Counted from the first letter of the stretch, positions 29,098-41,841 are shown. The stretch is DNA of 64,000 nucleotides from Octopus vulgaris (GCA_951406725.2 OX597816.1:104284001-104348000); one strand, 5' to 3'. Made by a program: numbers and translations. The notes: a model not told the origin generated them from the sequence alone.

Positions 29098-30892
29098 CAC
29101 CAGCAGCAGTATCTTCAACAATGACAACGACAACGACGGCTACGAAAGCGGTGCAGGCGATGACTACGACAACTTCACCGTTAGACATTTATCAGTTTCA
29201 TTTGATCTTTCTCTATAAATACATTACTTGCGAGTTAACTAAATTTCTGATAGGCTGACTGGCGCAGGTAGCTAATTTCTCATACGTCTCTAGATGAGTT
29301 GACTGGGAAATACAGCTGAGTATCAGCAGAGATATGATTGAATAAATTATGTTTGCTCAAAAGTAAATAAATAAAACCACAAACAAATAAATGAAAATGA
29401 ATGTTGCGCAATTTAAGTTTTATGTCGTGCCGACATAATGTTTATGTCTACTACCATGAATCGTTTTGCTGAAAAACAACTTCACTATGCGTGGTCATGT
29501 TAACCTTATCACAATTATCATTAATGCATTTATGTGTTAAAAAGTAAGCACACAGTGCCATAAACTTCTAGTCGTATGTAGGCAGCGAATTGGCAGAGGT
29601 GTTAGGGGTGGCTGGGAAAATACTTTACAATGTATTTACCAGCAGTTTCTGTTCTGAGATTTTGCCTTTTTTTTATTTACTTTTCTTAATAAAGTAACAG
29701 TGTCAACCAGTTTACTGTTCAAAGCTTCAGTATGTCGACTGGATAACTTATAGTATTTCTAATTCAGTTCTTTATGTTCTGAGTTCAAATCCTGCAAAGC
29801 CTACTTGTGTGGTACAATTAATCCGTCACCTGGTTTATCACAACAACCTAGGCATACGGTGTGTTATCCGAATTAAGGTAAGTCATGTTTGAGGATATCT
29901 TTTTCACTTTCTTTCTACTGCCTCAGACATCATGTAAATAATAATGGCACTACATTCTCCTCTTGACTAAGATATGCAAAAATAAAAATATGGCCCGATA
30001 CTTCTAATCTACATTTGGCTATACAAACCAGTAGCGTCTATGTCAGTGATTCCCGACATTTCTGTGGCCTCAACATTCTATCGTCTATAATATGCGTGAT
30101 CCACTTATTAATATTTGCGTTACTTGTGATATTTAAATTTAAGCCCCTGCTATCCTTTAAAACGCTCAATGACAGCCAATTGGAAACCTCTAACCTAGCT
30201 TGCGGCACGGTTAAGATAATTCGTTGTTTTTAAAGAAAAGGCTAAATTCGATAACGTGGTTTTAAATTATATTTGCAATAATCGCTAGATTACGTGAGTA
30301 CATGAATGTCCATACAAAATATAATCTTAAAAGTGTGACGAAGAAAAACACATGCACGTATTTTCATTCAATTTACGTGTGCTTATATTGATTTTATAGA
30401 AATGAAAGCATGACAAAAAAATACAAAGAAAAGTGGAGAATTACTATGAACATTTTTTCTGTCATGTGTTACAATTGAACAAGTACTACCAGATATTAAA
30501 ACTGAATTGAACACGATCTAACAAAGGAGTCCTTATATGGTCACTAGCCTTCGAACGGGAGCCGTGAGCTGCCATTTCAGATGCACGCTAACTCCTTAAA
30601 TGCATCGTTCAACAGCCATCTGAACAATTTATCATTACTAATTTAGAATATTCTTTGAGACATAATAGCTTCCAAGAAATACAATTCGGGATTTCTAATT
30701 GTTGCCGCTGATATTTTAATACCAACATTAACATCACAATGTAATTCGCCTTCATCAATAGCAACCCAATCGCCAGTAGCCATCTTGAATCCCTTCTATC
30801 TCTCCATCCGGTCACATGCGTCTCATGAGCTAGGTTCGGGTGAGAAGTATATGAAACTTAAATTTGCGTGGAGGCGAATCGAACTATTATTA

Positions 30893-30941
<49 letters not shown>

Positions 30942-30943
30942 GA

Positions 30944-31440
30944 GTTATCATGTACATTGTTTTGTCTTGGTATAAAAGATGGGCTACAGCAAATATTCTG
31001 CTCAATACCACAGCTTTGGTTGTCAGTTGTTTGACCTTAACCAGTTGAGCATGTCCCTTAGTGGCTGACGATATGTGCATCTCTGATCACGAGCAAAAGT
31101 AGTGGGTGAGCATCATAGCCATGTGTTGAGAGGGATTCTTTGGGATTTAAATAATTCATCTCTGGAAACATGGATGTTTCGTTCAACATCCTTAAACAAT
31201 CCTTATTCAGGGACCTTTTGAGCAGGATGGGCTACTCGATCAAAAGAAAATTCTAACTGGGTCCCACCTACAAAGTCATGTGTTGTTTGTCTTGACATGA
31301 GCTCACCATGTCGCGCACATATGGTTGTGACGCATGTGCTTGGTGTACCCTTATCAGACGGGTAGTCATGATGGGTATACCGGGCTTCGTATATTTTACC
31401 CCAGTATCACTTTGATGACATGCACCGCTCTCTCATTCAA
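30944..31440 (+). mobile_element. ~560-bp AAT-tailed non-coding element, 5'-truncated copy
   Basis: Highly similar to 53994-54488. (AAT)n upstream and aataagaataataat downstream. Confidence 0.9.
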
Positions 31441-31459
31441 TAAGAATAATAATAAATCA

Positions 31460-32017
31460 TATTCTATTGTCAAGGAAGCGTGCAAATTTGCAAGGAAGCT
31501 CGGAAATAACCCCAAAATAGATTAAGAACTTGAAACCACAGCCACCAAACAAGCAAAACTGATCAAACAGACTGCAAAAAAGAGCAGGCAGAAACAAATT
31601 GAGTAGCGGTGCGGCCAGAGACCTCTGCTTAGACGGTATATACTTAGAATCCGAAATACTGAATCAGACCAAGCAACAACCCATCAGTGGCTGAGAAGCT
31701 CAGAGAAATGTTCTTTCATATACAGAGAAATGGTTGAAAAAATCACTAAGTACACCGAACTGAAAGTGGAAATGGCAAGACTGTATGGAATGCGAGAGAG
31801 TAATGTAAAAGTGATACCAGTGGTGATCAGAACGTTGGGTTCAATCCCATTTAAACTTCAAGACTTCTCAAGGCAAGATTGATGTCTTGCAAAAAGCAGC
31901 CTTATTGGTCATAGCGTACATCTTAAGGAGAGTATTATCTGTATGAGGCCTTTTTGTGATTTGACAGATGACTAAAGACTCCGGTGCATTTTTACCTACA
32001 TTGTGTTACGAAGGAAT
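31460..32017 (+). mobile_element. Decayed, internally deleted R4/Dong-like LINE 3' part (third family)
   Basis: HQWLRSS, KITKYTELKVEMARL, VKVIPVVI and LQKAALL..AYILRRVLSV. Confidence 0.75.
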
Positions 32018-32069
32018 ACTACTACTACTACTACTACTACTAATTATTATTATTATTATTATTATCATT

Positions 32070-32272
32070 TTTGGCAAAGGCCAGCATGTCTGGGGAGAGA
32101 TTTAACTGATTAATTCGATCCCAGTGTTCAACTGGTACTTATTTTACCGACCCCGAAAGGATGGAAGGAAAAGTCAACTTCCGACGGAATTGAACTCAGA
32201 ACGTAAGGACAGACGAAATGCCACCTAGCATTTCGGTTGATGTGCTAACGATTCCGCTAGCTCACCGACTTA
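32070..32272 (-). mobile_element. Nin-domain-type tRNA SINE
   Basis: Similar to 37100-37335. Confidence 0.8.
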
Positions 32273-32407
32273 GTCATAATAGTATATAGATACATGTATA
32301 CATTACTATATTCACACACACACAAACACACCACACATATTATATATATATATATATATATATATAAATATATATAAACATGGATGTATATATATATGTG
32401 TGTGTTT

Positions 32408-32448
<41 letters not shown>

Positions 32449-32999
32449 ACTTTAAAACGGGAATTATAACTGAGAACTGCGAAAAAGAAATTGTACAAAA
32501 TTTAATAAACTTGAGATCTCAGTTAAGATATGAGTTCGATGTTTACAGCGGTTCTAGGTTAAATACTATTATTAGTGAATGTATTTTATCAATTAATAAT
32601 TATTCCATTTGCTACTTCATTAAATTATGTATGGTATACATTGAGTTGCATAGTATACTTTTACTAATTAAACAATTACATATTATCAATTGAAATTTAA
32701 TTTGTGTCAAATTAAATTAATATTCTCCATAAATTCATAAAGGCTGTCTATCGATACTAGCCGAGAAATACTTGCATTGTGTGTCAGAAATATAAATACA
32801 TATTGTGTAGTACCATATTAATTACGCATTTATTACATTTTACAATATCTTATGTTAATTCGATAATACGAAAAAGAAGTCCATACAATTTTGGGAAATA
32901 TAAAGTACGTATATGCAATTTCTACAGTAGTGCATACATAGATTTTATACTTTCATATACATACAAAAATACCTGTCTGTCTGTCTATCAATCTCTGCT

Positions 33000-33102
<103 letters not shown>

Positions 33103-33173
33103 TAAGAGAGAGAGAGAGAGAGAGAGAGAGGAGGAGACAGATAGATAGTGACGGATATAAGTACGATTAAGTT

Positions 33174-33208
<35 letters not shown>

Positions 33209-33231
33209 TACATGCATATATAGAGAAACAG

Positions 33232-33842
33232 AAACTAAAACATATTCAGAATATAAAGACATATGTACAAGCTTATAGGTGTATATACTAATATATTGAC
33301 AAATAAATTAACTACTACATGGTGTATAAAAATTACAGAAAACTACAAAGGGAGAATGCATAGTTAATAACACGACAGCTTTTTTTAGGAGCTCATAATT
33401 ACGTAATAAGCGTCTTCTTCATAATTAGCTGATGGAAGTCATAACCGTAGACCGGCTTCTCTCATCAGGGAACAAAAATTAGCAAACAGTGGTACAAATT
33501 GCAGTATGTGACTTTTAAATGTTGAAAGACATAAGTAGAAAAGAGGGAAAAAAAGCAGGAAGAGGATGGATTAAGTTGGCTTAAGGAGGGACAGCATCTC
33601 TGTGCGACCATCAACTTGTTGCATATCCATCATGTTAGGGGCACTACATCAACTAATTATGAACATTACGGCTATTCCGTAATTTCTAGCTTCCAGAAAC
33701 ATCCGTCGAGTGAAAAGACTATGAGTTCACCTCGTAGTTTTCTGTATTTTTTATACTCCATTTGATGGAAAATTCATCAATATATATAAATATCTACATG
33801 CTTATACATATGTATTAATTTTCTGAATATATTTAGTCTATG
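33232..33842. repeat. Diverged ~115-bp inverted repeats enclosing ~380 bp that holds a degenerate hammerhead-like core
   Basis: atattcagaa..catatgtacaagc..gtataaaaattacagaaaactac has its reverse complement at 33733-33840. Minus strand has CTGATGA (33462-33468) and AAAAGCTGTC (~33374-33383). Confidence 0.6.
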
Positions 33843-33904
33843 TATCTATATATCTCGCTCTCTCTCAATATATATATAAGTCTATATGTGTGTTGGTATA
33901 TATA

Positions 33905-33987
<83 letters not shown>

Positions 33988-34060
33988 CAAACATTGTCAA
34001 TAACCATTATAATTTATGCGTCTCGAAACAAACCGACAGAAATTTCTAAAACATCCGTTA

Positions 34061-34122
34061 TTACCGTATTGGTCCCAATTTCAGGGTTAATTCATAAGAA
34101 TTTTCCCACTCTTCAGTGATAA
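34061..34122 (-). ncRNA. Type I hammerhead ribozyme, unit 1
   Basis: ttatca-CTGAAGA-gtggg(aaaattcttatgaattaa)ccct-GAAA-TTGG-ga-CCAA-TA-cggtaa. One stem I mismatch next to the core. Confidence 0.7.
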
Positions 34123-34536
34123 ATACGATAGATATAAGTGAAATACTTACTCATACACACGGAAAAAACAAGCACTAAGTCCTGAGCAGACCTAAGTACC
34201 CCAAATATATCAAAAATAGAAAATCTTTGGCACATCTCGAGACACGTGTGATTCGAACTAGAAACTTTCACTGAGTGAGAGAATCCGGAAGTGAACACTA
34301 TTCAATTTATAACTAATGTAGGATAATTTTTTTTTTTTTCGGGAACAAAAAATGTTATCAATGGCCAGCATATCAAAAAATACCTTTAAAGGTTAAATTT
34401 ATAAATAATTTACAAAATGAGGGCTAAAGAAAAATTCTAATGCCAAATATGCCGAAAAAAAGACAAAATTTGTCAATAACCATTATAATTTATGCGTCTC
34501 GAAACAAACTGATAGAAATTTCTAAAAAATCCGTTA

Positions 34537-34598
34537 TTACCGTATTGGTCCCAATTTCGGGGTTAATTCATAAGAATTTTCCCACTCTTCAGCGATAA
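34537..34598 (-). ncRNA. Type I hammerhead ribozyme, unit 2 (best conserved)
   Basis: TTATCG-CTGAAGA-GTGGG(aaaattcttatgaattaa)CCCC-GAAA-TTGG-ga-CCAA-TA-CGGTAA. 6-bp stem I, G-C closing pair of stem II, stem III ATTGG/CCAAT, and an AUA triplet with predicted cut at 34543/34542. Confidence 0.8.
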
Positions 34599-34962
34599 AT
34601 ACGATAGATATAAGTGAAATACTTACTCATACCCACGGAAAAAGCAAGCACTAAGTCCTGAGCAGACCTAAGTACCCCAAATATATCCAAAATAGAAAAT
34701 CTTCGGCACATCTCGAGACACGTGTGATTCGAACTAGAAACTTTCACAGAGTGAGAGAATCCGGAAGTGAACACTATTCAATTTATAACTAATGTAGGAT
34801 AATTTTTTTTTTTTACGGCATATTTGGCATTAGAATTTTTCTTTTGCCTTCATTTTGTAAATTATTTATAAATTTAACCTAAATGGTACTTTTCGATATG
34901 CTGGCCATTGATAAAATTTTTTTTTCCCGACAAAAAATAAAAAAATTATTATCCTACATTAG

Positions 34963-35018
<56 letters not shown>

Positions 35019-35032
35019 TTGGAAATAGATGC

Positions 35033-35066
<34 letters not shown>

Positions 35067-35139
35067 CACTTATATATAATAGATGCATATATATTCAATT
35101 AAATAATAATAATATAAATATATATATATATATACATTC

Positions 35140-35229
35140 GCCCGCGTAGCTCAGTCGGTAGAGCATTAGACTTATGATTAAATATATGACGTAATCTGAG
35201 GGTCGTGGGTTCATGTCCCTCTGTAGGCG
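35140..35229 (+). pseudogene. tRNA-Lys-like sequence with a 17-nt insertion at the canonical intron position and anticodon TAT. Probably a pseudogene or SINE head.
   Basis: GCCCGCGTAGCTCAGTCGGTAGAGCATTAGA-CT-TAT-G-[35177-35193]-A-TCTGAGGGTCGTGGGTTCATGTCCC. Body resembles metazoan tRNA-Lys(TTT). Mismatches in the acceptor stem, T stem and T loop. Confidence 0.8.
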
Positions 35230-35295
35230 TAACTACATTTAAACGGCGGTGCATCAGCATGGCCGCAGCTTTGAGATGAAACTACAGAAAAAGAA

Positions 35296-35328
<33 letters not shown>

Positions 35329-35479
35329 TGGGCACAGGACGTCATCAACCGTGCAAACAACATGAAGTATGAAAACAAAAACGAGTTGAATACGCAAACA
35401 ACTAGACAAAAAAGGAAAACAGAACTAGTAACACAATGAACGACTCTTCATCAGCTCCCGGTTGTCTATTTACTCTTCA

Positions 35480-35680
35480 TTTGCAAATCTAACGGAGGCC
35501 TCAAAAGATATTTTAAGACCCACTAAGATCAGAACTTATCTGCAGTTCTTGGTGGTCCAAACCAGATATGCAATCTATGTGGGTGTCTTTTTAGAACATT
35601 GTCTGGTTTAAAAAGCCACATCAGACGCCATGATGGTTCTAAGGTGTGGGTACAGGAGGTGGTGAAACTTTGCATAAGGG
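35480..35680 (+). mobile_element. RTE (BovB-like) LINE C-terminal fragment with C2H2 finger
   Basis: CNLCGCLFRTLSGLKSHIRRH at 35569-35631. Confidence 0.6.
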
Positions 35681-36028
35681 TAAATCCTTTACAAGCTTCA
35701 TGCTTTTCTTGGAAGTGTAGTACATTCTTAGCTACAATAGCGACAACATGGATTTCTTCCATCTTGCTCAGTTAAAATATTTGTGTAAAATTATATAAAT
35801 GTGTCCGACTGATTAAAATTCTATTTATTTGTGCAGCTGATCATAACCCTGCATCTAAATTGATGTAATGATTACATTGTTAAATTAAATGGAACCACTC
35901 GAAACGGTCATAGTGCATCACTTCTTGATATCCTGTTGCTTATTTTGATACATATATTAATTAATCGTTAATTTCTCAAAAGTTAATAATTAAAATTAAA
36001 TTCATCGTTACCTGCCCTTATATATATA

Positions 36029-36124
<96 letters not shown>

Positions 36125-36127
36125 CAT

Positions 36128-38568
36128 AAGGGCAGGTAACGATTAATTTAATTTTATTAATAATTAAAATTAAATTAATCGTTATCTGCCCTTATATATA
36201 TATATATATATGACGATTAATTTAATTTTAATTATTATCTTTTGAGAAATTAACGATTAATTAATAGTTGATTTCGATTAAAACACAAAAATATCTGCAG
36301 TTGCATTAATTGACAAGTTTATGATATTTCAATTCAAATTCGGTTAAAAACATTTCTCAGTCAAATGTTGTTGGATAACCAGTTACGCAAACACACAAGC
36401 ATGTTAACAGTATTTGGCTCAAGTGATGAGCGCGTCTTGTTTGCAATGTAACCAGCAGAGCTAAATAATCGTTCACACGGAACCGAGGTAGCTGGTATGC
36501 ATAGAATATCCAATTTCGGATATTGATGTTCATTAAGTTTCCACCATTGTAGTGGATCAACTGATTCAGCAACATTTTTCTCCGTTTTATATCACTGTAC
36601 TTCAGCCGAAGCGGTTTCGACATCCTCTTCTAAGTCTGAGTCAGACACCATCAACTTAATACGCTTTTCATTCGGTTCACATATAGTTTTACTGACACTC
36701 TCAGTATCATTTTGTGTATTAGTTTTCAACCGATCATTATTAACATCAACTGCTATTTGCTGCCCAGTAAGTAACCAAATTTGTTATTTGGAATCGTCTG
36801 ATAAACACTTCAGGTTTTTATATCGTGGATCAAGTGCTGTTGTAATCTGTAATATTTCAATAATTTTCAAAAAACGTTTGCTGAAGTCATTAATAGATAT
36901 TGCCTTGAATGTGGCTATATAACGTGGATCATCATTTACAGTCATGTGCTTTGTCAAAGACAATAACGGTGGGATAACACAGTTACACGACACATATTTT
37001 TCACCGCCAAGTAGGACCGTATCTTGACAGAATAAGTCTAAAACGTTGATGTATTTTGAAATCTTTTCCCAATCAGAATCGAACAGTTTTGGACCTTTAA
37101 TACTTATTTCTTTATTGCCCACAGGGGGCTAAACATAGAGCGGACAAACAGGGACAGTCAAAGAGATTAAGTCGATTACATCGACCCCAGTGCGTAGCTG
37201 GTACTTATTTAATCGACCCCGAAAGGATGAAAGGCAAAGCCGATCTCGGCGGAATTTGAACTCAGAACGTAACGGCAGACGAAATACCGCTAAGCATTTC
37301 GCCCGGCGTGCTAACGATTCTACCAGCTCGCCACCCTTTATATTGCTTCTCTTCGTCTGGCATGTGGATTGTTATTGCTTCTCTGGCCTGCAGCAGACTC
37401 TTTAGCAATAGAAAAGTACTGGTCCATCTTGTTGGAACATCTTGCTATAGCTTACGAAATGGTGAATCACTACAATTCTGCAATTCAGTTGTGTGGATAG
37501 GACTATGTTTAAAAATGTTCTATGATTTTTAGACATTTAACAAACAATGCTTCTGTATCTGCGGCTTTAAACCCATGCAATATGTTCAAATGTAGAGCGT
37601 GAGCCAAACATGGAATATGAGCAAAACTAGTTTGATTAACAGCTGAAACCAAATTTCGTGTATTGTCTGTTACTAGAACCTGATCATCTTTGTTATATCC
37701 CAGTCTTTTACAAATTGTTTATATAACTCAGCAACACTGTTAGAACAGTGACGTTCAACAACATGCACACATTCAACAATAACACTTATTAAATTCCAAT
37801 CATCAGCAATCCAATGGCCGGTGATTTCGCAATAACTTTCATTACCTAGGGATGTCCAAAATCAGATGTTAGCGTAATTGCCTTTGAAATTTTCACTACT
37901 TTAACCTTTTCTCTTTTGCTATTATAAATATCAGCCAGCATTTTATCAATAGTACGCTGGAAAAGTAGTTTATATTCAGTATTTAGAAGTGCTGTACGCA
38001 ACACTTGCTGAAGATCATCATCTTTTACTATCGATATTGGTCTACCACTATTAGCTATCTAGTTAGCAAGTGATACTTTAATGTTACGTTGTAGGGTAGC
38101 ATTCATTGGATGATCAGACCGACGATAAAGCTGACTCAAAGCAGTCTGCTTGGAGGTAGATGACACCGCCGCTGTAAACTGACTAAATGAAGCTGATATT
38201 CCGAGCTGATATTCCGAATACTGTAACGGGTGTTTGTTTTGAAGGTGGTAAGTAGCGATGTGTTAGATCCATGGTATGCGAACGATTTGTCGCATTGGAT
38301 GCAATAAACGTTATCAGCAGTTTTGATATTACCGTCAGCCAATAATTTAAATCCAAAATGTTAATGTAATCGACCTGATATAGGTTTATATTTCATAACT
38401 CGATTCTTCTCCGCCGCCATTTTACTGTTGTTACTATTGCTTCCCGACTTCACGCACGTTTATTAATGAAGGGTAGAAAATTAAATTTGAAATCTATTAA
38501 TAAAAAATTAATCGTTAAAATAAATTAATGATTAATCGATTAATTAATCTATAAATTCCACAGCCCTA
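36128..38568 (-). mobile_element. Near full-length decayed hAT (Ac/ZBED1-like) transposon
   Basis: Minus strand shows ATG at ~38420, a BED finger (CIQCDKSFAYHGSNTS..H..H), ITLTSD.WTS, HIPCLAHALHL, TRWTSTF and TALDPRYK. Ends are TAGGGCTG and AAGGGCAG, with acgattaa subterminal motifs. Many stops. Confidence 0.88.
37100..37335 (-). mobile_element. Full-length Nin-domain-type tRNA SINE inserted in the hAT transposase
   Basis: Head ggtggcgagctggtagaatcgttagc, B-box gagttcaaattcc, and core ctttgcctttcatcctttcggggtcgat. Possible imperfect TSD cctttaata/ccttttata. Confidence 0.88.
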
Positions 38569-38607
38569 ATATGCATACATACATACATACGTACATACAT
38601 ACATACA

Positions 38608-38638
<31 letters not shown>

Positions 38639-38639
38639 T

Positions 38640-39200
38640 CGAAGCGACAAGTCGCGTATTTGGTGTGGGAGACTTTCGAAAGTACGATGAATACTATCTC
38701 CAACTTTGGAGCCACAACTAGCTGCCTTGTTAAATAACTGGTTAATCTTCAGATGAGTTAACTGGGGGAGCTTTTTTTTATTCACGATCGTAGTGATTTT
38801 CGACTGAAACTTGAATTTAGCATGCAGAGAGTTACTACAAACAACATGGCTGGACACAACATCAACAATACAATCGCAGAACAGAATGAAAACAACAGCT
38901 CAACAGGTAAACAAATGTTTTCTAGCAGTAGTTATAGAAGAAACCGTTAACTACAAAACTCATTTCTCTTGGAGTTATGAATTGAATAACGATCTATTTA
39001 ACTGCCACGAAAAAGCCAAAAAAAAAAAAAAAACCCGCTGTTGGTTTTATGAAACAATTGAAATCATATTGGGACGATCTGCATCCAGAATTAAATCATT
39101 TTACTGCGAAGCAACTACGCCAACAGGCAACATTTGTAGAACATAGAAAGAAGGTTAGTTACCGTAACTTTATTAAGAAATCGAAAATTAACCTTCTTCC
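38640..39200 (+). mobile_element. 5' (N-terminal) fragment of an R4/Dong-like LINE ORF
   Basis: WSYELNNDLFNCHEKA, a frameshift in a poly-A run, then GFMKQLKSYWDDLHPELNHFTAKQLRQQA. Resembles the Myb-like N-terminus of R4-clade ORFs. Confidence 0.55.
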
Positions 39201-41841
39201 CAACTCTATAAACAAAAGCGAAAACGTGAATGATGTAAGACCACCACGTGGTTTCGCAGCTAGCAACATTCCAACCGATTATATAATGCGTGCCAGCCAA
39301 ACTATATTACTGGCTTAAGTAACTGACCACTGTTCCCCTGCTACGACTATGGGAAATACCAGGCACAACCGCAACGATTATTGTTGTAGTAGTAGTGGTA
39401 GTCAGGATTATTTAACTATTTATATCTAAATAGTTAAACAGTTATGCTTTACTGCTACCGAAATCATTAGTGTTAAAGAGTAAACCATAGTAGTGTAACA
39501 GCTTTTTGTGTGCGTACAATATTGCTTCCCATGAAATACTCGTAAAAATACAGGAAATCTTCATGACGCATAAGACATTTTGAAATGTCAGCCCTTTTTC
39601 TAAAGCTTTTATTTCCACTTGTCTTTAACACATTTATCTAAAACCTTACATTGACATCCTTTCAACTGAATTAAATAGTTTTACGGTTAGATTGTCGCTT
39701 AGATGTTTTCCTCGGAAGGTAGTTTTCTCAGTTTGTAAAAAAAAAAGGTTAAAATCTCATATCTAAATTTTCACAATTATTTCTTTCTTCTCATATACAT
39801 ATTTATTTTCCTCCCAATTTATATATTTATGTATTGTCGTTAATGGGATCAGCAATGGTTAATTGGCAGTCTTTAACGCACGGGATATTAGCGAATGCCT
39901 TTACTCAGAAATATAAACTAGACGAAAGACAAGCAGAATCTTCTAATAAAAAAGAAAAATAGTGCAGTTACCCACCCACGCCCATCGACGGAAAAAAATT
40001 AATCGAAGAAGCAGACCAAGTAACATGGATTTTGAACCTAATCCTGGAGATCAGAATTTTGCATATTACGCATGCTGATTTCATTATTGAAATATTTGTA
40101 TTTTTAAGGCTGAGTCTACCTATCTCGGTTATTGTCGATTTTGTTGAGCCCTATGATGAATTACGTCCCTGTCACAAACATGCTGTCTTTTTCTTTCGGA
40201 CATAATTTATCTCATCTTTCATTATTGAATGTCTTTCTCTTTTCAAAACGGTAGCATATGATTTAAAGGAGATTTGAAGGAAATCAGGCGACCATGAAAA
40301 GAGTAATTTACTCTTCTTCACCGGCCAGTTATTGCTATTTCAAGATTTGCCCTCATTGAAACAACTATGATAAAAGACTTTCTATTTGCGAACATTCTGT
40401 CTTTTTCCATGGCTGTGTTATCTAGCTCAGTTTTCAAATTTTAAGAATACCGAGTGTTTTTAGAGCAGAATTCCGGTTGCCTTTTCTGACAGATTGAATG
40501 GACTTATATAGACTCACTCGTTGATTTGTGATTAATATAGTACTATTGATAGATAAATGGTTTATTTGTGTAGATAGGGTCAATAGTTATACTCATAACT
40601 GATTTTGCTTCTGCAACCAAATTGAAAGCATAAAGTTTGAGAAGACTAAGTTTTGTCTATGTTAGACACATATGAAGTTGCTCTGATAGCTCTTTAGAGA
40701 AATGGGACGTTAATGCTGAAAGCATGCCTTCACTGGGATTAAATATGTCAGGGTAGAAAACTATTCTGATATAGTCAAAATAAATGTTTCATCCCCTCAA
40801 ACAAGCCGTCACTTAAAACTATTACTAACTTCTCAAGTGAATGCTAATTTTCACACCCAACCAATTGTATTGCACTGGCTGGAAGAGGACTGGGAGCAAC
40901 AGAAAACAGTCTAGCTAGATGCTTCATCTTTGTCTTTCCTTGGATCAAGATTACACTTTTATGAAAGATATGAACAGCAGAAGTGTATATTTCACAAAAA
41001 CTGACCACTTCTGTATACTATCTATGGATTTCTGGTGAGATCGCAACCCTGAGTCTTGCTTGTGCATCATCAGCTGAAGATTTTAAATAAATTTCCATCA
41101 CGTAAGTTGATATACACGAGAAGATAACGTAAATTAATTCCACAGGGATTTGAACACTTAAATGAAAAATAAGGCAATAATATAGATTAAAACATTTAGT
41201 AGGTGACTAATATAGTGTCAGTTTACAATTGTGTCTCCATTCGAGATGAGTAATGTCTATATGACGGAAACATTTTGCATCGATGTTTTTGTTTTATCTT
41301 CTGAGAAGATCTTTAATGTTTGTAGTGTCACATAAAAATCAATTGGCCAATAAAAGAATATATATATATATGTTGGTATCGATAGATTTTTTTCCATGCC
41401 TAGCCATCATATTGGACATTCGATAAATCAATATAAGAATCAATATATGATTGCTAACGTTTCGACGTATCGATTACAGTTAACTACTACTTTGAAATTT
41501 CATTCGCTGATGAGGCATTCATTGTTTTAAATACGATTAAACATATACCGTTCATTATTTCAAATCAAATACTATTCATCGGTAAGGTTTTGAAGATAAA
41601 TAATGAAATAAACAAATAAATAAAGCATCGTGGCAGAAATATATTGGAGAATCTCAAACATGATGAATTATTCTAGTTAATCATTCGCTGTTGCATTTAG
41701 TCATTGTCTTTTAATTTTGTTTTATTGTTACTTTAATTTTTTTAGTTTCTTTTATAAAAAAAGTGAACAAAACATCAAAATAAACACGAAAAGAAAAAAG
41801 TAAGACAAAACAAAGATATATACATATATACATGTGTGTGT

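Larger units (their letters stand above)
33994..34965 (-). mobile_element. 476-bp tandem repeat (1.7 units) plus partial inverted copy, carrying hammerhead ribozymes (retrozyme/PLE-type non-autonomous element)
   Basis: 33994-34469 repeats at 34470-34814. 34816-34965 is the reverse complement of ~34308-34454. Flanked by (TA)n on both sides. Confidence 0.85.

Noticed and set aside
35140-35229. Functional tRNA-Ile(TAT) gene
   Set aside because: The body is Lys-type, the stems and T loop are mismatched, there is no terminator, and a SINE-like tail follows.
40026-40079. MDFEPNPGD resembling a 2A peptide (DxExNPGP)
   Set aside because: The final proline is absent, there is no upstream Leu-rich helix, and the ORF is tiny.
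40560-41110. Coding-looking unique sequence
   Set aside because: The frames I read are interrupted, and no motif was recognised.
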